Below, piece by piece: positions 63,660-64,000 of a DNA stretch of 64,000 bases. Every line of letters begins with the position of its first letter. Positions within the stretch are counted from its first letter, which is position 1. The notes under the pieces were generated by a model. That model saw only the letters and a list, made by a program, of their open reading frames with translations. It was not told where the DNA came from and made no database searches. The stretch comes from Euprymna scolopes (lineage: Eukaryota). The stretch lies in assembly GCA_053919585.1 (NCBI GenBank), contig CM132795.1; one strand, written 5' to 3'. The translations under genes and the position numbers were made by a program.

Positions 63660-64000
63660 TTTTCAAAAGTTTTGTTACCTTGGTGATACCATTGAAGCTC
63701 AAACGGGAATTGGTATTAGTGTGATTGCAAGAGTTAGGAATGGATGGAGTAAATTCATGGAATTTCTACCATTACTAACCAGCAGAGTGTTATCACTTTT
63801 TGACTAATGAAAGGTTTTATCAGGTATGTGTATGAGGTGGAATGATGTATAAATGTGAAACCTGGCCAGTGAATACATGTGTTGAATGGAAAGAAATGAT
63901 GGAGAATGGTATGATGGATGTGTACTGCGAGTCTTAAACACAGGCTTCGTGCTAATGACTTCAGAAGTAGATAAAATCTGGACAATATACGAAGATGTGT
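63660..64000 (+). mobile_element. RTE-clade LINE fragment (runs off the window end)
   Basis: 'FCYLGDTI...IARVRNGWSKFMEFLPLLT', homologous to 35220-35520. Confidence 0.8.

Overview
AT-rich, repeat-dense eukaryotic (metazoan) genomic DNA with assembly gaps. The repeat style suggests an invertebrate, possibly a cephalopod mollusc, but that is inference only. The only host coding sequence I can support is one 170-nt internal exon of a syntaxin-6/10 gene (25592-25761, +). It is followed by a U12-type AT-AC 5' splice site (ATATCCTTT). No next exon was found by eye, so the minor intron may exceed 38 kb. The rest is mobile DNA and tandem repeats: an internally deleted Ty3/Gypsy element with LTRs, PBS, PPT and TSD plus a solo LTR; CR1-group and RTE LINE fragments; non-autonomous Helitron/HINE-like elements; Tc1/mariner remnants; long-TIR elements; and mini/microsatellites. 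The best RNA-level observations are: (i) an inverted-repeat element carrying a type I hammerhead ribozyme in each arm, plus a dispersed family of minimal Penelope-type hammerhead motifs; (ii) a multi-copy 5S rRNA-headed SINE family with a shared body; and (iii) a divergent U2 snRNA-like locus split by a ~250-bp insertion with a 12-bp target-site duplication. Most ORFs in the supplied track are low-complexity artefacts or TE remnants. Repeat boundaries were read by eye and are approximate.
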